Position numbers and translations under genes: made by a program
The notes under the pieces: generated by a model
What the model was told of the DNA's origin: nothing
The model's database searches: none
Seen by the model: only the letters and a program-made list of their open reading frames with translations
NCBI RefSeq assembly: GCF_030684315.1
Contig: NC_081391.1
Span: forward strand, 14,051,342-14,115,341
Direction of reading: 5' to 3'
Length of the DNA: 64,000 nt
DNA from: Stegostoma tigrinum
Lineage: Eukaryota
In this document: in pieces, positions 38,309-51,500 of the stretch
Numbering within the stretch: position 1 is the first letter of the stretch
Layout: each line of letters opens with the position of its first letter

Positions 38309-39716
38309 TTAGAAAATAGAACCTAGAACAGTGCAGCACAGTTCACGCCCTTCAGCCCACGATGTTGTTTCGAACTTTTATCCTAAACCCAAGGCCTATC
38401 TCACCTCCACTACCTTATACTATCATCCATATGCTTATCTAATAGCCGCTTAATTGCCCCTAACGAGGCCGACTCCACGACACTCTCTGGCAATGCATTC
38501 CACGCCCCAGCCACTCTCTGAGTAAAGAACCTGCCTCTGACATCCACCCTATATCTACCTCCACTCACTTCAAAACTATGCCCCCTCATAATAGCTAACT
38601 CCATCCTAGGAAAAAGTCCCTGGCTGTCTAATCTGCCTATACTTATGATCATTTTGTACACCTCTATAAAGTCACCTCTCATCCTTTGTTCTGAAGAGAA
38701 AAGCCCTCGTTCTCTAAACGTTTCTTCGTAAGATCTTCCCTCCATTCCAAGCAACATCCTGGTAAATCTCCTCTGCACCTTTTCTAACACTTCCACATCT
38801 TTCCTGGAATGAGGTGACCAGAACTGGTCACAATACTCTAGATGTGGCCAAACCAGGCTTTTGTATAGCTGGAGCATAACTTCACAGCTCTTGAACTCAA
38901 TCCCTCTATGAATGAAAGCTAACACACCACATGCCTTCTTAACAACTCTATCCACCTGACTGGCAGCTTTCAGGGAACTGTGGACATGAACCCCGAGATC
39001 CATCTGCTCCTCCACACTGCCAAGAATCTTTCCGTTAACCCTGTGTTCTGCTTTCAAATTTGTCCTTCCAAAATGAATCACTTCACGCTTTTCAGGGTTA
39101 AACTCCATCTGCCACTTCTCAGCCCCACTCAATACCCGACCAATGTCCTTTTGTAACCTAGAACAGCCCTCCACACTATCCACAAGTCAAATCACCTTCG
39201 TATCTTCCAAAAACTTACTAATCCGCCATTCCACTCCTACATCCAAATCATTTAACAAAATCATAAATAAAAGAGGACCCCGAACAGACCCTTGAGGTAC
39301 ACCACTCGTAACTGAGCGCCATGTTGAATATTTTCAGTCAACTGTCACCCATGTCTTCTATGGGTCAGCCAATTCTGAATCCAATCTGCCACATTTCCCC
39401 CGTCGCATGCCTCCTGACTTTCTGCATGAGCCTGCCATGGGGAACCTTATCAAAAGCCTTACTTCAATCCATGTATCCCACATTCACTGATCTACCTTCA
39501 TCCACATGTTTGGTCATCCCTTCAAAGAATTCAATCAGATTTGTGAGGCATGATGTACGCCTCACAAATCCACACTGGCCGTCACAAATCATACTGTGCC
39601 TGTGCAAGTGATAATTAATTCTGTTTCTTAGAGCCCTTCCCATTAATTTGCCCACCACTGGCATAAGACTAGCTGGCCTGTAATTTCCAGGGTTACCCCA
39701 TTCCCTTTTTTGAACA
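38309..39716 (-). mobile_element. 5'-truncated CR1-type LINE (different subfamily) between E1 and A2
   Basis: Minus-strand ORFs 39464-39745 (PGNYRPASL) and 38410-39183 ([12 protein letters not shown]...PHLEYC...AGAWNALP). The tail reads TAGAAAATAGAACCTAGAACA on the + strand. Confidence 0.92.
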
Positions 39717-40498
39717 CATGAATAATATTCAAACTTGTCATTCAAAGCTAAAAGATAGCACTAGATTGCATCCTGCTTTTTGAAGCAGATATTGAGTGAA
39801 AGTAACTTGCTTCCACCAATCTGTACATCAGTGCTGTGATCATACTCGAACGTTCATTGGGGATCCTCAATTCCCAAAGCCTCACAGACCACCAGTCCAT
39901 GGGAGGCTGCTCCATTCAACGCAGTTTCTGAGCCATACATTCTACAGAATGTAATGTAAACAGGACCAGCAACTCTCCACTTGGAAACATGCTGGACTTA
40001 AGCTCTCGATTTACTTCATTCAATTAAAAACCAAACTTTGCGAAAGAAAGTTTGCATGTGCTATACATTTCCAGCAGCAATGTAGACAGGGAGGTGTGAG
40101 GTCTACTATGCAGGAGAGGCACTCAGCACATTTAGCACCTTGCTTTTCAAACTGCACTTCATGAACCCAACGTCAAGGAGATCACAGCAGATTCAGAATG
40201 GATCCACAAAGGAATGAGCTTCCTGTATGAGGTAACCCAAAAGCACATTGTTTCTGTCGCTGCACAGCAATAAGAAAATGTTTACTGTTAACAAAATCTG
40301 GCCATTTTTCAATGGGCACCAACGCTGTTATTCAACAAGTACAAAGACTAATCCCTCAGAGTAACAAACTGACAGAATTCTGCCAATCTGTGATGAGTGT
40401 GTCTTAAGATATAATCTCAGATACAATCGTGAACTTTTAGAGTATATTTTATTGTCATTTTCACATAGAAATATTTCCAGGATTTGCACTTGTGCAGG

Positions 40499-40684
40499 AG
40501 GTCAAAGGTCATTCAGCAATTCCATCATCGACCAGTTGTCAATTCTGATCGTTTTCTGGATCCAATTCCCATCCTGCACTGATTGGATGTGGCAGCTGAT
40601 CAATTGATGAACGAGAGTGATCGACCATCACTGATGATGTCATTTCCTGCTCAAGAAAATAAAGGGCTGCTGCTCGAGTGAAAA
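40499..40684 (+). promoter_or_regulatory. Ferritin A2 promoter (TATA degenerate)
   Basis: Perfect DR1 at 40499-40511; the TATAAA position reads TGAAAA. Confidence 0.55.
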
Positions 40685-40783
40685 AAATGTCCCAAGAGAG
40701 TGTGATGTTTATGGTGTAGTTGGTTATCTTTCCAAGTTTGTTATTTGATTTTGGAGGAAAAGGAAAGCTATTTTCTTCATAAA

Positions 40784-43700
40784 ATGGCCTCCCAGATCAG
40801 TCAGAACTATCACCAGGATTGTGAAGCTGCTGTCAACAAGCAGGTTAATGTGGAGCTCACTGCCTCCTATCTCTATCAGTCTTTGGTGAGTTTTGTCTCG
40901 ATGGAGTTAAAATTAAATCTATTCTGCAAAAATGAGCTGATCCTCTTGTTTCTAATTAACTTCATAGTCTTGTAGATTTGAGGTGTTTCAGTTTGCACCT
41001 TTAAAAATCATTTTGGGATAAATGTAGTGCCCTTTGGTAACAATGGATTTTGATATTGATGTGCAGTATCTAATTCACCAGCTGGGATTGAGTGATAGAT
41101 GGAGGGCAAATTGTTCTGTCAATTATTTTACAATTTACTGCCAGGCCTTTGCCTGGTGGTAACTGTCATTTTCCTCCCCAGAATTGACCAAACTTTACTA
41201 AAATTAGATGTAATGGTGTTGGGAGTTGTATGCACCCCTTGGCTAGTCATCCTGTAACATTTTAATATACCTTGATCACACTTACTTTGTGCTCTGATCC
41301 TAAATACACATCATGCCAGTTTCCATTCTGTGATGGAGAATGATGGCAGTGACTGGCTTCTCTGAGCATATGCACGTGTAACTTGCATTGAGGAGGCCTC
41401 AGATGTGGACTAGTTGGCTTTCTGCATTCTCAGTTCATGAATGGACTGTTAGTGGTCAGGAAGTCACTTGTTGTCCATTCCTCCAATAGATCAATGCTCT
41501 CCTGTGAGTGCATGCACAGGGTGTCTGGAATAACCTGAGGTCTTCACTTCACCAAAAAAGGTGAAGAATTGGAGTTTCAAATTCCCACGGTATGGGAAAT
41601 GGTGCCTTTCTCCAGGGAGCACTGTGCCTATGGCCTCTCAAAATGGCAGGCTATAATGGTTTGGAAATGTTGAAGCAGCTTTTGAAGGCTGCTAGGTACC
41701 TGGTAGATAGTGGACACTAGGAGTGCATTCACTCACTCCCTTCAATGAGGTGGGCTGCTCTGTCCTGCATAGTGTCTGCTTTGTGCATGTTGCAGCTCCA
41801 CTTCTTGGGGGGAAAAAGGGAGAATATTCATCCCTCGTGGGGCTTATCACTGAGAAGCATTCTCTTCCCACACTTTCAGGATGAAATCCCTGTACCCTTC
41901 CCTTTAGCAGGTGGGAACAGCTATCACCAATAAGCCTGTTGGGTCTTAACTGTCAGTGGTGTCCCATATCAATTGGGCAGCATGTGCCCAAACAACCCAC
42001 TATTGTACATCTGTAAGATGCAGCTACCCAAGTAAAGTCAGAGAAAGTTGCATAACTGTTTTTCGACAAAAGAAACTTCTCAGCCTGATCAGTAGGAACT
42101 AGATAACCTGCTCTAACAAGGTGTAGAGCTGGATGAACACAGCAGGCCAAGCAGCATCGGGGGAGCAGGGAAGCTGATGTTTTGGGCCTGGACCCTTGAG
42201 AAATGGGGAGGGGAAGAGGTCCCTGAAATAGCAAGGGGTGGGGAGGTGGATGGATGAGGGATCAAGAAACAGGTGGTGAGGAGACTCCGGTCTGAGGTGA
42301 GGATGGAGCCAATAAAGTCAAGTGAGTTGGGTAGGCCTGTCCAGGGAGGTGGGGATGGGGTTTGAGGTGGCGGGGGAGGTGGGGTGGGGTGGTGTGGGGA
42401 AGTAGGTGGGAGGAAGGATGGACAAGTTAGGGAGGTGGGGACTAGCTGAGCTGTGACTGGGGGAAGGGAGATCTTTCAGCTTAAGTCCTCACTGATACCA
42501 TTGGGCTGCAGGGTTCCCAAGCAGAATACAAGGTGCTGTTCCTGCAACCTTTGGGTGGCATTGGAGGCCCAGAATGAACATCAACTGTCCCCTCCTGCTC
42601 CTCTGGAGGGGAAGTAGTTTGTGACTGGGAGGTGCAGCTGCTGATCACGAGCCCAGCATAGGCACTCCACAAAGTGGTGTCAAGCCTCTGCTCGTCTTTC
42701 CTGATGTAGAGGAGGCCACGTTAGGAACAGTGGGTACAGTATATCTCACTGCAGATGTGTAGGTCCACTTCTTCTTGATGTGGAAGGTCTTGGGGCCTGG
42801 GATGAGGGGAGGTGTAGCACAATCTGTGTGGCAGGAAAAAAGCCCTGGCTAGTGGAATGGACAAGGGAATCAGTGGTCTCTCCAGAAGGCAGCTATGGTT
42901 GGGGAGGTGAAAAAATGTCTTTGTCAGATCGTAGATGGTATAAGTGCCAGAGGATGCTGCACTGGATCCTGTCATTGAGGTGGTACTGAAGGATGAGAGG
43001 ATTCTGTTTTGGTTGTGTGCGGGATAAGATGCAAGACCGGTTGTGTTTTTCTTCCACTAAAGGGAAGTTACGCTCCCTCGGAAAACGAGGACATCTGGGA
43101 TGCCCAGGAGTAGAATGCCTCCCCTCAGGGCTGGAGGTGAAGGAATTGGATTAGGGGAAGGCGTTTTCCTTCCGCAGGAAGGTGGGTGAGGTGTAATCTT
43201 GGTAGCTGTAGGAGTCAGTAGGTTTGAAATAGATCAAAGATTGATCGACAAACTTAAGGTTGAGGTAGAAGGTTCTAATGAATTAGAGGAACCGTTCAAG
43301 CTCCTTGTGGGATGTAATGGAGGAAGATGTGGAGTTTATGGCCCATCTCCCTGTAGAAGGATTGTTCCACATATCCTAACAGAAGCAGGCACAGCCTGGG
43401 CCCATGCAGGTACCTATGGCCACCCCCTTCCTCTGTAGGAGGTGGGAGGAATTGAAGGAGAAGTTAGGGGTGAGGATGAGTTGGCTAGTGGACAAGCTTG
43501 TTGGTGAATGGGGACCAGTCAGACCTGCAGGATGAGAGAAGCAGAGGGCCTTCGGCTATCTCCACGGGGAATGGATGAGGTTGGAGGCTGTGGGTGGGAG
43601 GTCATCTGCAGTGAGGTTGTAGATGGACGAGGAGATGGTTTGGTGGTCAGGGGTGGAGTCATGATCAAGGGCGGGGTGGTAGGAGGTATCGGCTGCTCTT

Positions 43701-45351
43701 CCACACAAGTATATGTGGCACTCCAGCTCCTGGCGTTTCCTTAAACCCTGTTCAGTCACGAACTTCATCCAATTCTGATGGTGCTTAGAGTGGAAATGCT
43801 CTTCTCTCTACGGACAAGAACAGGCCTGGGCAACTCAGGTTTTTGTCAAGGAATTTTAAAAAGTGTTTGCCTGGTTACCAGGAGGAGGCGAGGGTTGTTT
43901 TTGATGATCCTTGAACTGGAGCCACTGGCTCATTGGACAATGGTTCTCATCCACCTTGATGTATTCAAAAAATTCATGTTTATTGACTTCTCAATTTGAT
44001 TGAAGGCTAAACCAGTCATGTCTGGCACCAATTGTATGATGCTTAATGGATATAACTTGTTTTCTCCCAGATGTCCTACTTTGACCGGGATGATGTTGCC
44101 CTCCCCCATGTCTCCCAGTTCTTCCAAGATCAGTCCCAGGAGAAGCAGGAACATGCAGAGAAGCTGCTGAAATTCCAGAATCGGCATGGAGGCAGTCCTC
44201 CTCCAGGATGTGAAGGTTGGTGTTGGGTTTTTGGGGTGGGGGGAGTTGGGTGGTAGAGAGTGGCTGCTCCTCAGGGATGGCACAGTGACTCAGTGTTTCC
44301 CATGCATGCCTCAGTGCCAGGGATCCAAGTTTTGTTCTTGGTTCTAGGCTCCAGTGAATGACTGGAGTTGACTTATTCTTGCCATGTCCACATTGGCTTC
44401 ACGGTTCAATGACGTGTGGGTTAGAAGGATTGCCATTTAAAATGCAGGGTTACAGGAATAAGAAGGGACTTGTAGCGACGAATGTAGTGGCTGTACCTGC
44501 CGATTGGGGATGAATAAAATCATGTCGTGACCTTGGTTATTGTCACCATGACTCAAATAGCCTGTTCCCATGCTGCAGAGATTGTGAAGCTTACCTGTCC
44601 TCTCTCCATCCGCAGAAGCCTGAGAGGGATGAGTGGGGTAACAGCCTGCAGGCAATGCAGGTCGCCCTGGATCTGGAGAAGAATGTGAACCAGAGTTGGC
44701 TGGATATGCACCGAGTCGCCACAGCCCAGACTGACCCTCATGTAAGCCTTCCCACCACCTCCTCATTCTGATCACTGCTAGGCCCTCAGGGCAACACCTC
44801 ATTGGTCTTTTGTAGATTAAAATTCACTCGGATACTTGGATCACAATATCATATCTGAACAGTATGTTCATTTAATCAACATCAAAGCAGCTCAGCTATG
44901 AGCTGAAATGGGAATTTGGATTCACTACCAGGAGTGATGTTGGCCAATGAATTCACTTTCAGGGCCACTTGCATTAGAATGATCATCGTCTGTCACAGTT
45001 CAGCTCAGCTCCATTTCACAAACAAGAAGGTGCATCTGGAACGTTACTGTCCTCACTGGCGCAACATCTCCTAGATGTCAGTGGCTTTTCCAGCTGTCGA
45101 GAGCTAGTTATGTTGAGGTCTGTTTCGCAGTGGGAATTCTGAAATTTTCCTAGATCATGCAAATGTACCAAGTTGCCATAATTCCTCTGTTGCAGCTGTG
45201 TGACTTCCTGGAGACTCTCTATTTGGATGAGGAGGTGGAGATCATCAAGCACCTTGGGGACTACATCACCAACCTGAAGCGCCTGGGAGCCCCTGAGAAT
45301 GGGATGGGAGAGTACCTGTTTGACAGGCGCTCCCTGGAGGACAGCAGTTAG
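40784..45351 (+). pseudogene. Ferritin copy A2; frameshifted pseudogene
   Basis: Exons 40784-40885, 44071-44215 (145 nt; GGCAGAGTC to GGCAGTC, 2-nt deletion), 44616-44741 (SLLDLHQL to SWLDMHRV), 45196-45351. The TATA box is mutated (GTGAAAAAAA near 40679). Confidence 0.85.
42115..43692 (-). mobile_element. Degraded Penelope-like retroelement in intron 1 of A2 (same insertion as in A1)
   Basis: Collinear with 1659-3234; minus strand reads IYCTHCS*RGLLYIRK. Confidence 0.75.
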
Positions 45352-48232
45352 TGTGGCCTGGAGTAGTGTCTGCTTGGTCTGAATGCATTCCCCACTTCAC
45401 CCTGGACAACCTGTCTCCTTCCAGGGAGAAGGGGCTTGTAGCAAAGAATGTAATGGCTGTACCAGCTGAATGCAAATGAATAAAATGATGTGTTTATCTT
45501 GGTTCTTGTCCATCATTCAGACAGCTGGATGCTGTCGGCTTTCACCAATAGGCCTATGGGAAGAGATATCAGGCTCTGCTTTCTACCCAGGTGCAGGAAA
45601 CAGCTCAGTTGGGACTGAGATGAGTTCAACCTGACTCGTATCCTCCCAATGGGCCCTGACATGACCAGCATATTCTGTTTTTCATTTGCTGCCTTTATCT
45701 CATGTGGATACAGCCTAAAGTTACTGGGAGCGAGTGAAGGTTCAAACGAAGGCCAGTACTGGTGGGCTGTGACCTACCCTGCCTTGTTACAGCCTACTGT
45801 AGTTGATTGCACTGAACGGTTCATTCCTCTTTTCATGGGAGTTAAATATGCTGCTACCCTGAAGGGACCTTGGCGTAATTACCCTTAGCCTCGAGTCAAT
45901 TCTCCTAGGAGCATTCTGAAGCTGGCCTAATGTGGCTTTTGTCAGTTTACTTTCTCTGACCTGTTCCAACACCTTCATTGCTTTTCTCACCCCTCCCACC
46001 ACCCCACTCCTAGCAATAAACTTCCACCCTGCCAGTCTACAGCTGGGAAAATTCAGCCCCAACATTGACAGCACCCATATTCCATGGAGTTCGCTCTGGA
46101 AATTATCCTGAACTGTTACATGCTCATGTATGAGCTCAATACCACTTCGAGCAGCATCACTGGGTCTTTGGGAGTAACACAGCAACACTCATGGTTCAAT
46201 GCTGCCATTTGATTGGCTCTTACTGCTAAAAGCAGCATTGAGCGCACTAAGCTGCTCCCTTAGTTCCTCTGAGCTTCCCACACGCTGAGGGTTACTCCTG
46301 ATGCAGGTAGATTTCACCCGATCACATTGAGGGAGCAGTGTGACTGGGAGAGGCGACCGTGAGATGCTGACTTTGCTGTACAGCTGCTTCCTTTACCTTT
46401 TCGAGGTGTCAGAGAGATGATGGGTTGAGGAGGGGGTTATCGGAGACAGCCTGAGGATTGTTTCAGGGAGTTTTGTAGCGAGTGCACGCTGCAGCCTTCA
46501 CTGAAGGTGTGGGTCGTTCAGGCACTGAATGTATTTGTTCCACTACATAAAGTGTTTTATTTCAAACAATCCTGAGTCTTGGCTGTAGAATCCCCGCAGT
46601 GCGGGAAGAGGTTGTTCAGCCCCTTTAGTCTGCACTGATCCTCTGAACAGCATCTTGTTCAGACACACCCTGTCTTCTTGCCCCCATCTTTCTACCCCAC
46701 AGCCGTTCCAAAATAAACTGCATATCTCTGGACTGTGGGAGGGAAGGAACCCCCACAGACACGGGGAGGATGTGCAGCCTCCTGAGAGTTGCCCATGACT
46801 GGAATTACATGTGGGTCCCGGGCACTATGCAGCAGTAGTGCTCGTCATTAAGAAACCATGCCACCTAAAGTAACAAAAACAGGAGCACCCTGTTGCATAT
46901 GATGAGAGTCGCAAACACATTCATTACAGAAATAGACCCCATTGCCCCTGCTGATGAGGTTTCCACGTTTGGCCCATTTCCCTTTAATGCCATTCCTTTC
47001 CATGTAAATCAGCAGATGGCTTTCAAAAGTTCTAATTATGCCACTTCCTCTAACAGTGTATTTCATATACAGATCACCCTCTGTGAGGATAGAGTTGGCC
47101 TTCTGGTTCCCTTTCACATCTTTCCCCTCAAACCCATGTCTTCTAGTTTTGGACTCCCCTACCATGTCCCAGCATGCTTTTTACATACCGTCAACCTTGA
47201 GTGTGCCAGTGGCAAGGCTACATTTAGTGCTCAGCAACTGTTACACTTCAGGAGGTGGTGATGAGCTGGTTATTACAGTCCACCTGGTGTCGGAGAGACC
47301 GGAATGATGCTGCTGAGGAGGGGCTTCTGGGATTTTCAGTCACAAGCAGGGGTATTGTTCCAAGTCAGGATGGTGACGGACTTACATGGAGCTGCTTGAG
47401 CAATGTTGGGGCTGCATTGAGTCAGCAAATTGTAAAGTATTCATTAACACTTCCTAACTGTGGTTTTGAAGATGATGGACAGGCTTTGCAAAATCAGCAG
47501 TTGAGTTATTCACAACAGAATTCCTCGCATCTGACTTGCTCTTAAACCCATGATGATTCACAAGGTGTGATCTCAGACCATGGTTTATGTATAATATTCA
47601 TACTTGTAAGTTAATCTAATAGGACGAGACTGCAACCTGGTATTTGAAGCAGATATTGAGACAAAGTAACTTGCTTCCACCAGTCTGTACATCAGTGCTG
47701 TGATCATACCCTAACATCTTCAATTCCCAAAGCCTCACAGGCCACCAGTCCATGGGAGGCTGCTCCATTCAACACAGTCAAGGTTGCCTGTGCTACACAT
47801 TTCCAGCAGCAATTTAGACAGGGAGGCCTAAGGCCTACTGTGTAGAAGGAGACACTCAGCACATTTAACGATTGCCTTTCAAACTGGGCTTCATGAGACC
47901 CAATGTCAAGGAGATCACAGCAGGTTCAGAATGGATCCACAAAGTACATCAGTTACACGTACTAGATGACCCAAAAGCACATTCATTCTGTTGATGCACA
48001 GCAGTAGGAAAATGTTTAATGTCAACAAAATCTAGCCATTTTGCAATGGACTCCAACACTGTCATTCGAAACATATGAAGACAAATCCCTCAGAGTAACA
48101 AACTGACAGAATTCAGCAAATCTGCGATGAGCGTGTCTTAATAGTTAACCTCAGATACTCAAGTGAAGTTGTAGAGTATATTTTATTGTCATTTTTAGGT
48201 TGATATACTTACCGAATTTGTACTTGTGCAGG

Positions 48233-48418
48233 AGGTCAAAGGTTAAGCAGCAATTCTATCATCGACCAGTTGTCAATTCTGATCGGTTTCTGGATCCAAT
48301 TCCCATCCTGCACTGATTGGATGTGGCAGCTGATCAATTGATTAACAAGAGTGTTTGGCCATCACTGATGATCTCATTTCCTGCTTCATAAAATGAGTGT
48401 TGGCTCCTGGAGTATAAA
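48233..48418 (+). promoter_or_regulatory. Ferritin D2 promoter
   Basis: DR1 AGGTCA-A-AGGTTA at 48233-48245, CTGATTGG, TATAAA at 48413-48418. Confidence 0.65.
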
Positions 48419-48506
48419 TAGAGGCCCAGGGCAGGGCTGTTTACTGTTGCTCTTAGCTTTGTCATTTTGGTGGTGAGGAAAATAAAGCAAGCTTTTCCTT
48501 TATAAG

Positions 48507-51500
48507 ATGGCCTCCCAGATCAGTCAGAACTATCACCAGGATTGTGAAGCTGCTGTCAACAAGCAGATTAATGTGGAGCTCACTGCCTCCTATCTCTATC
48601 AGTCTTTGGTGAGTGGTGTCTCTGTTGGGTGAAACATACTTCTGTTCTGTTGAAGTAAACTCTTCCCCTTGGATGTAATTAAGTTGTCTATCTTATAGAC
48701 TGAGTTTTGTGGCTCCTACCTCTTTCTCAATGCAGGATGAGTGTGATGTTACTGTAACAATAGTTTGGTGTCTAATGTTACTCTAACTTGGGTCCCAGTT
48801 GGTTGTCAGTGAGATGTGGAGGGTGGAGTGTTCTTGTAGTTACTTGCCTGTCCCATGATGGTGCTGTGACTGGTGGTAATTATCGCTTCCTGTGGCTGTT
48901 TGAAACTTGAGGGAACTAATTTAAAAATGAATTGGGACTCACCATTGTGGGAATGGAAGCACCATCAGCTAGTCACTGCTTTTCTTTTCCCTCTTGTAGC
49001 CTTGTTTCTATTTGAATTTTGTGGGGATCTGAAGTAAACCTGCCAATTGATACTGAGAATCTTGGTTTCCTATTGCAATCAGCTTAGAATAGGCTTGTTC
49101 TAGCCCTGCAGAGCTGGGCTGAGAAGTGGCAAATGGAGTTTAATGCAGACAAGTGTGAGGTGATGCTCTTTGGTAGGAGTAACCGGAAGGCAAAGTACAG
49201 GGCTAATGGTAAGATTCTTGGCAGTGTAGATGAGCAGAGAGATCTGTGTCGATAGACACGGATTGTTGAAAGTTGCCACCCAGGTTGACAGGGCTGTTAA
49301 GGCAGTGTTTTGGCTTTTATTAATAGAGGGATTGAATTCTAGAACCAAGAGGTTATGGTGAAGCTGTACAAAACTCTGGTGTGGCAGCACTTGGAGTATT
49401 GTGTACAGTTCTGGTTGCTGCATTATAAGGATGTGGAAGCTTTGGATAGGGTGTAGAGGAGATCTACTAGGATGTTGCCTGGTATGGAGGGAAGGCCTTA
49501 TGAGGAAAGGCTGAGGTACTTGAGGCTGTTTTCATTGGAGAGAAGAAGGTTGAGAGGTGACTCAATTGAAAGATATAAAATAATCAGAGGGGTAGATAGG
49601 GAGAGCCTTTTCTGTGGATGGTGATGGCGAGCATGAGGGGGCATAGCTTTAAATTGAGGGGTGATAGATATAGGACAGATGTCAGAGTTAGTTTCTTTAC
49701 TTGGTAGCAAGGGAATGGAATGCTTTGCCTGCGACAGTAGTAGATTTGCCAATTTTAGGTACACTTAAGTCATCATTTGACTTTAGCATATGGACTTACA
49801 TGGAATAGTGTAGGTTAGATGGGCTTGATCGGTATGACAAGTTGGTGCAACATGAAGGGCCTGTACTGTGCTGTTATGTTTGAAGTTCAGATCAAACTGG
49901 GTGAGGTTGTGACTGGTATCTGATTAAGCAGATCTACTTTGCTTTTTTTCATACTGATGGGGTGGGTGTGGGCTGTCTGTATGTCAAGTGTTGGAGCTTT
50001 TCAAAGGCACAGCACTACCATGGGGCTGAGAATGTGCTGAGGGTACTGACCCAGTGACTATGGAAAGAAGCTTATCCCTGTTGTGTTTGGCCTGACTCTA
50101 AACTAACTGGCCCCTTTTTCCCCAGGTGGTGGAGTGCCTGTGCCCTTCCAAGGGGTAGAATGTGTTTAGAAGGTGTTAGAAGTAACCTTAGTGAGTGTTG
50201 CAGGGTGCTGTCTGGGCTCGTGCCTGTCAGCAGGAAGTCCTGTCATGATGAGGATCAAGTCCCTGTCAGCCCCACTTTGGGAGGTGGGAACAGCTTTCAT
50301 TGAGCCAGCAGTTGGGTTTCAATCGCTGACCCACTGTCCTAACACACCTTGTAAGCATGTGCCAGGAATGAAATCCCTACCATTCTACATCTTCCAAGTG
50401 CCCATTTAAATGACAATGATAAATTGTGCTTGGGTGTTTGCATTTGAGAATTAAAGCAACTTTTTTCAGCAGGATTCGTAAGAATGTGATTCTAAATGGC
50501 TGCTTCCAATAGCAGACCTGTTAAACCTGAATATGTTGAATTGTGAACATCCTAGTTAAGAAATCTACAGGACTTTGCCTGTTGGATTAAGTCAACAGTG
50601 GTTTTTCCAGGTTATTGTTTTAATGAGTGATCTCCTCTGGAGAGTAGTTGATCTGCAGGTCACTGTCATATTTGTGATGTGATCAGTTTGTTTCTTTCAT
50701 GGGTAATGGTACAAGTTCCCAACAGTCTGAGTCAGTACAGCTGTTTTAGATGCAACAATCCAAAGGCTGTCCCTTGGCAGGCTTTCCTTTGGACTTTTCT
50801 GGCCTTTGTCAAAGGAGCAATACAGTGCCCTGCAGCTGTTCTATTGGTGTACATCCTGCACTCCAGCTCCTGGCATTTCTTGAAACCCTATTCAATCACT
50901 AATTTATCCCGTTTCTGGTGGAGGTTCATCAGTAAAAACATCAATTCACATTTGTTCTCACCAAATGCTGTGCTAGACCCCCTTGAGCAATTTACCAGGA
51001 GTTTCAAACCAAAATAAAACACATGGTATTTACAGCTTATCTAGAGGAAGCTGGGATTGTTTTGATTTTTTTCCGATTCAACAGCAACTGTTCAAAACTG
51101 GGTTCTGAATTGTTAATGCATCAGGTACTGAACAGCTTACTGTCAGTTTGACTTTTTTAGAATGCTCAAGTAGCCCTATAGTTCTGAACTGAAATTGGAC
51201 CATGACTTGTTAATGGGCTTTACCTTGTTCTCCCTTCAAGATGTCCTACTTTGACCGGGACGATGTTGCCCTTCCCCATTTTTCCCGGTTCTTCAAACAT
51301 CAGTCCCAGGAGAAGCAGGAACACGCAGAGAAGCTGCTGAAATTCCAGAATCAGCGTGGAGGCAGAGTCCTCCTGCAGGATGTGAAGGTTGGAGTTGGGT
51401 GGGCTGGGGGATGGGATGGTCATGGCTGCTCTTGTGGTGTGGTTTCAAGTCAGTGACAAGGTTTTCATTTGAGTCAAAACTTTGTTCAGCCTGATTGATC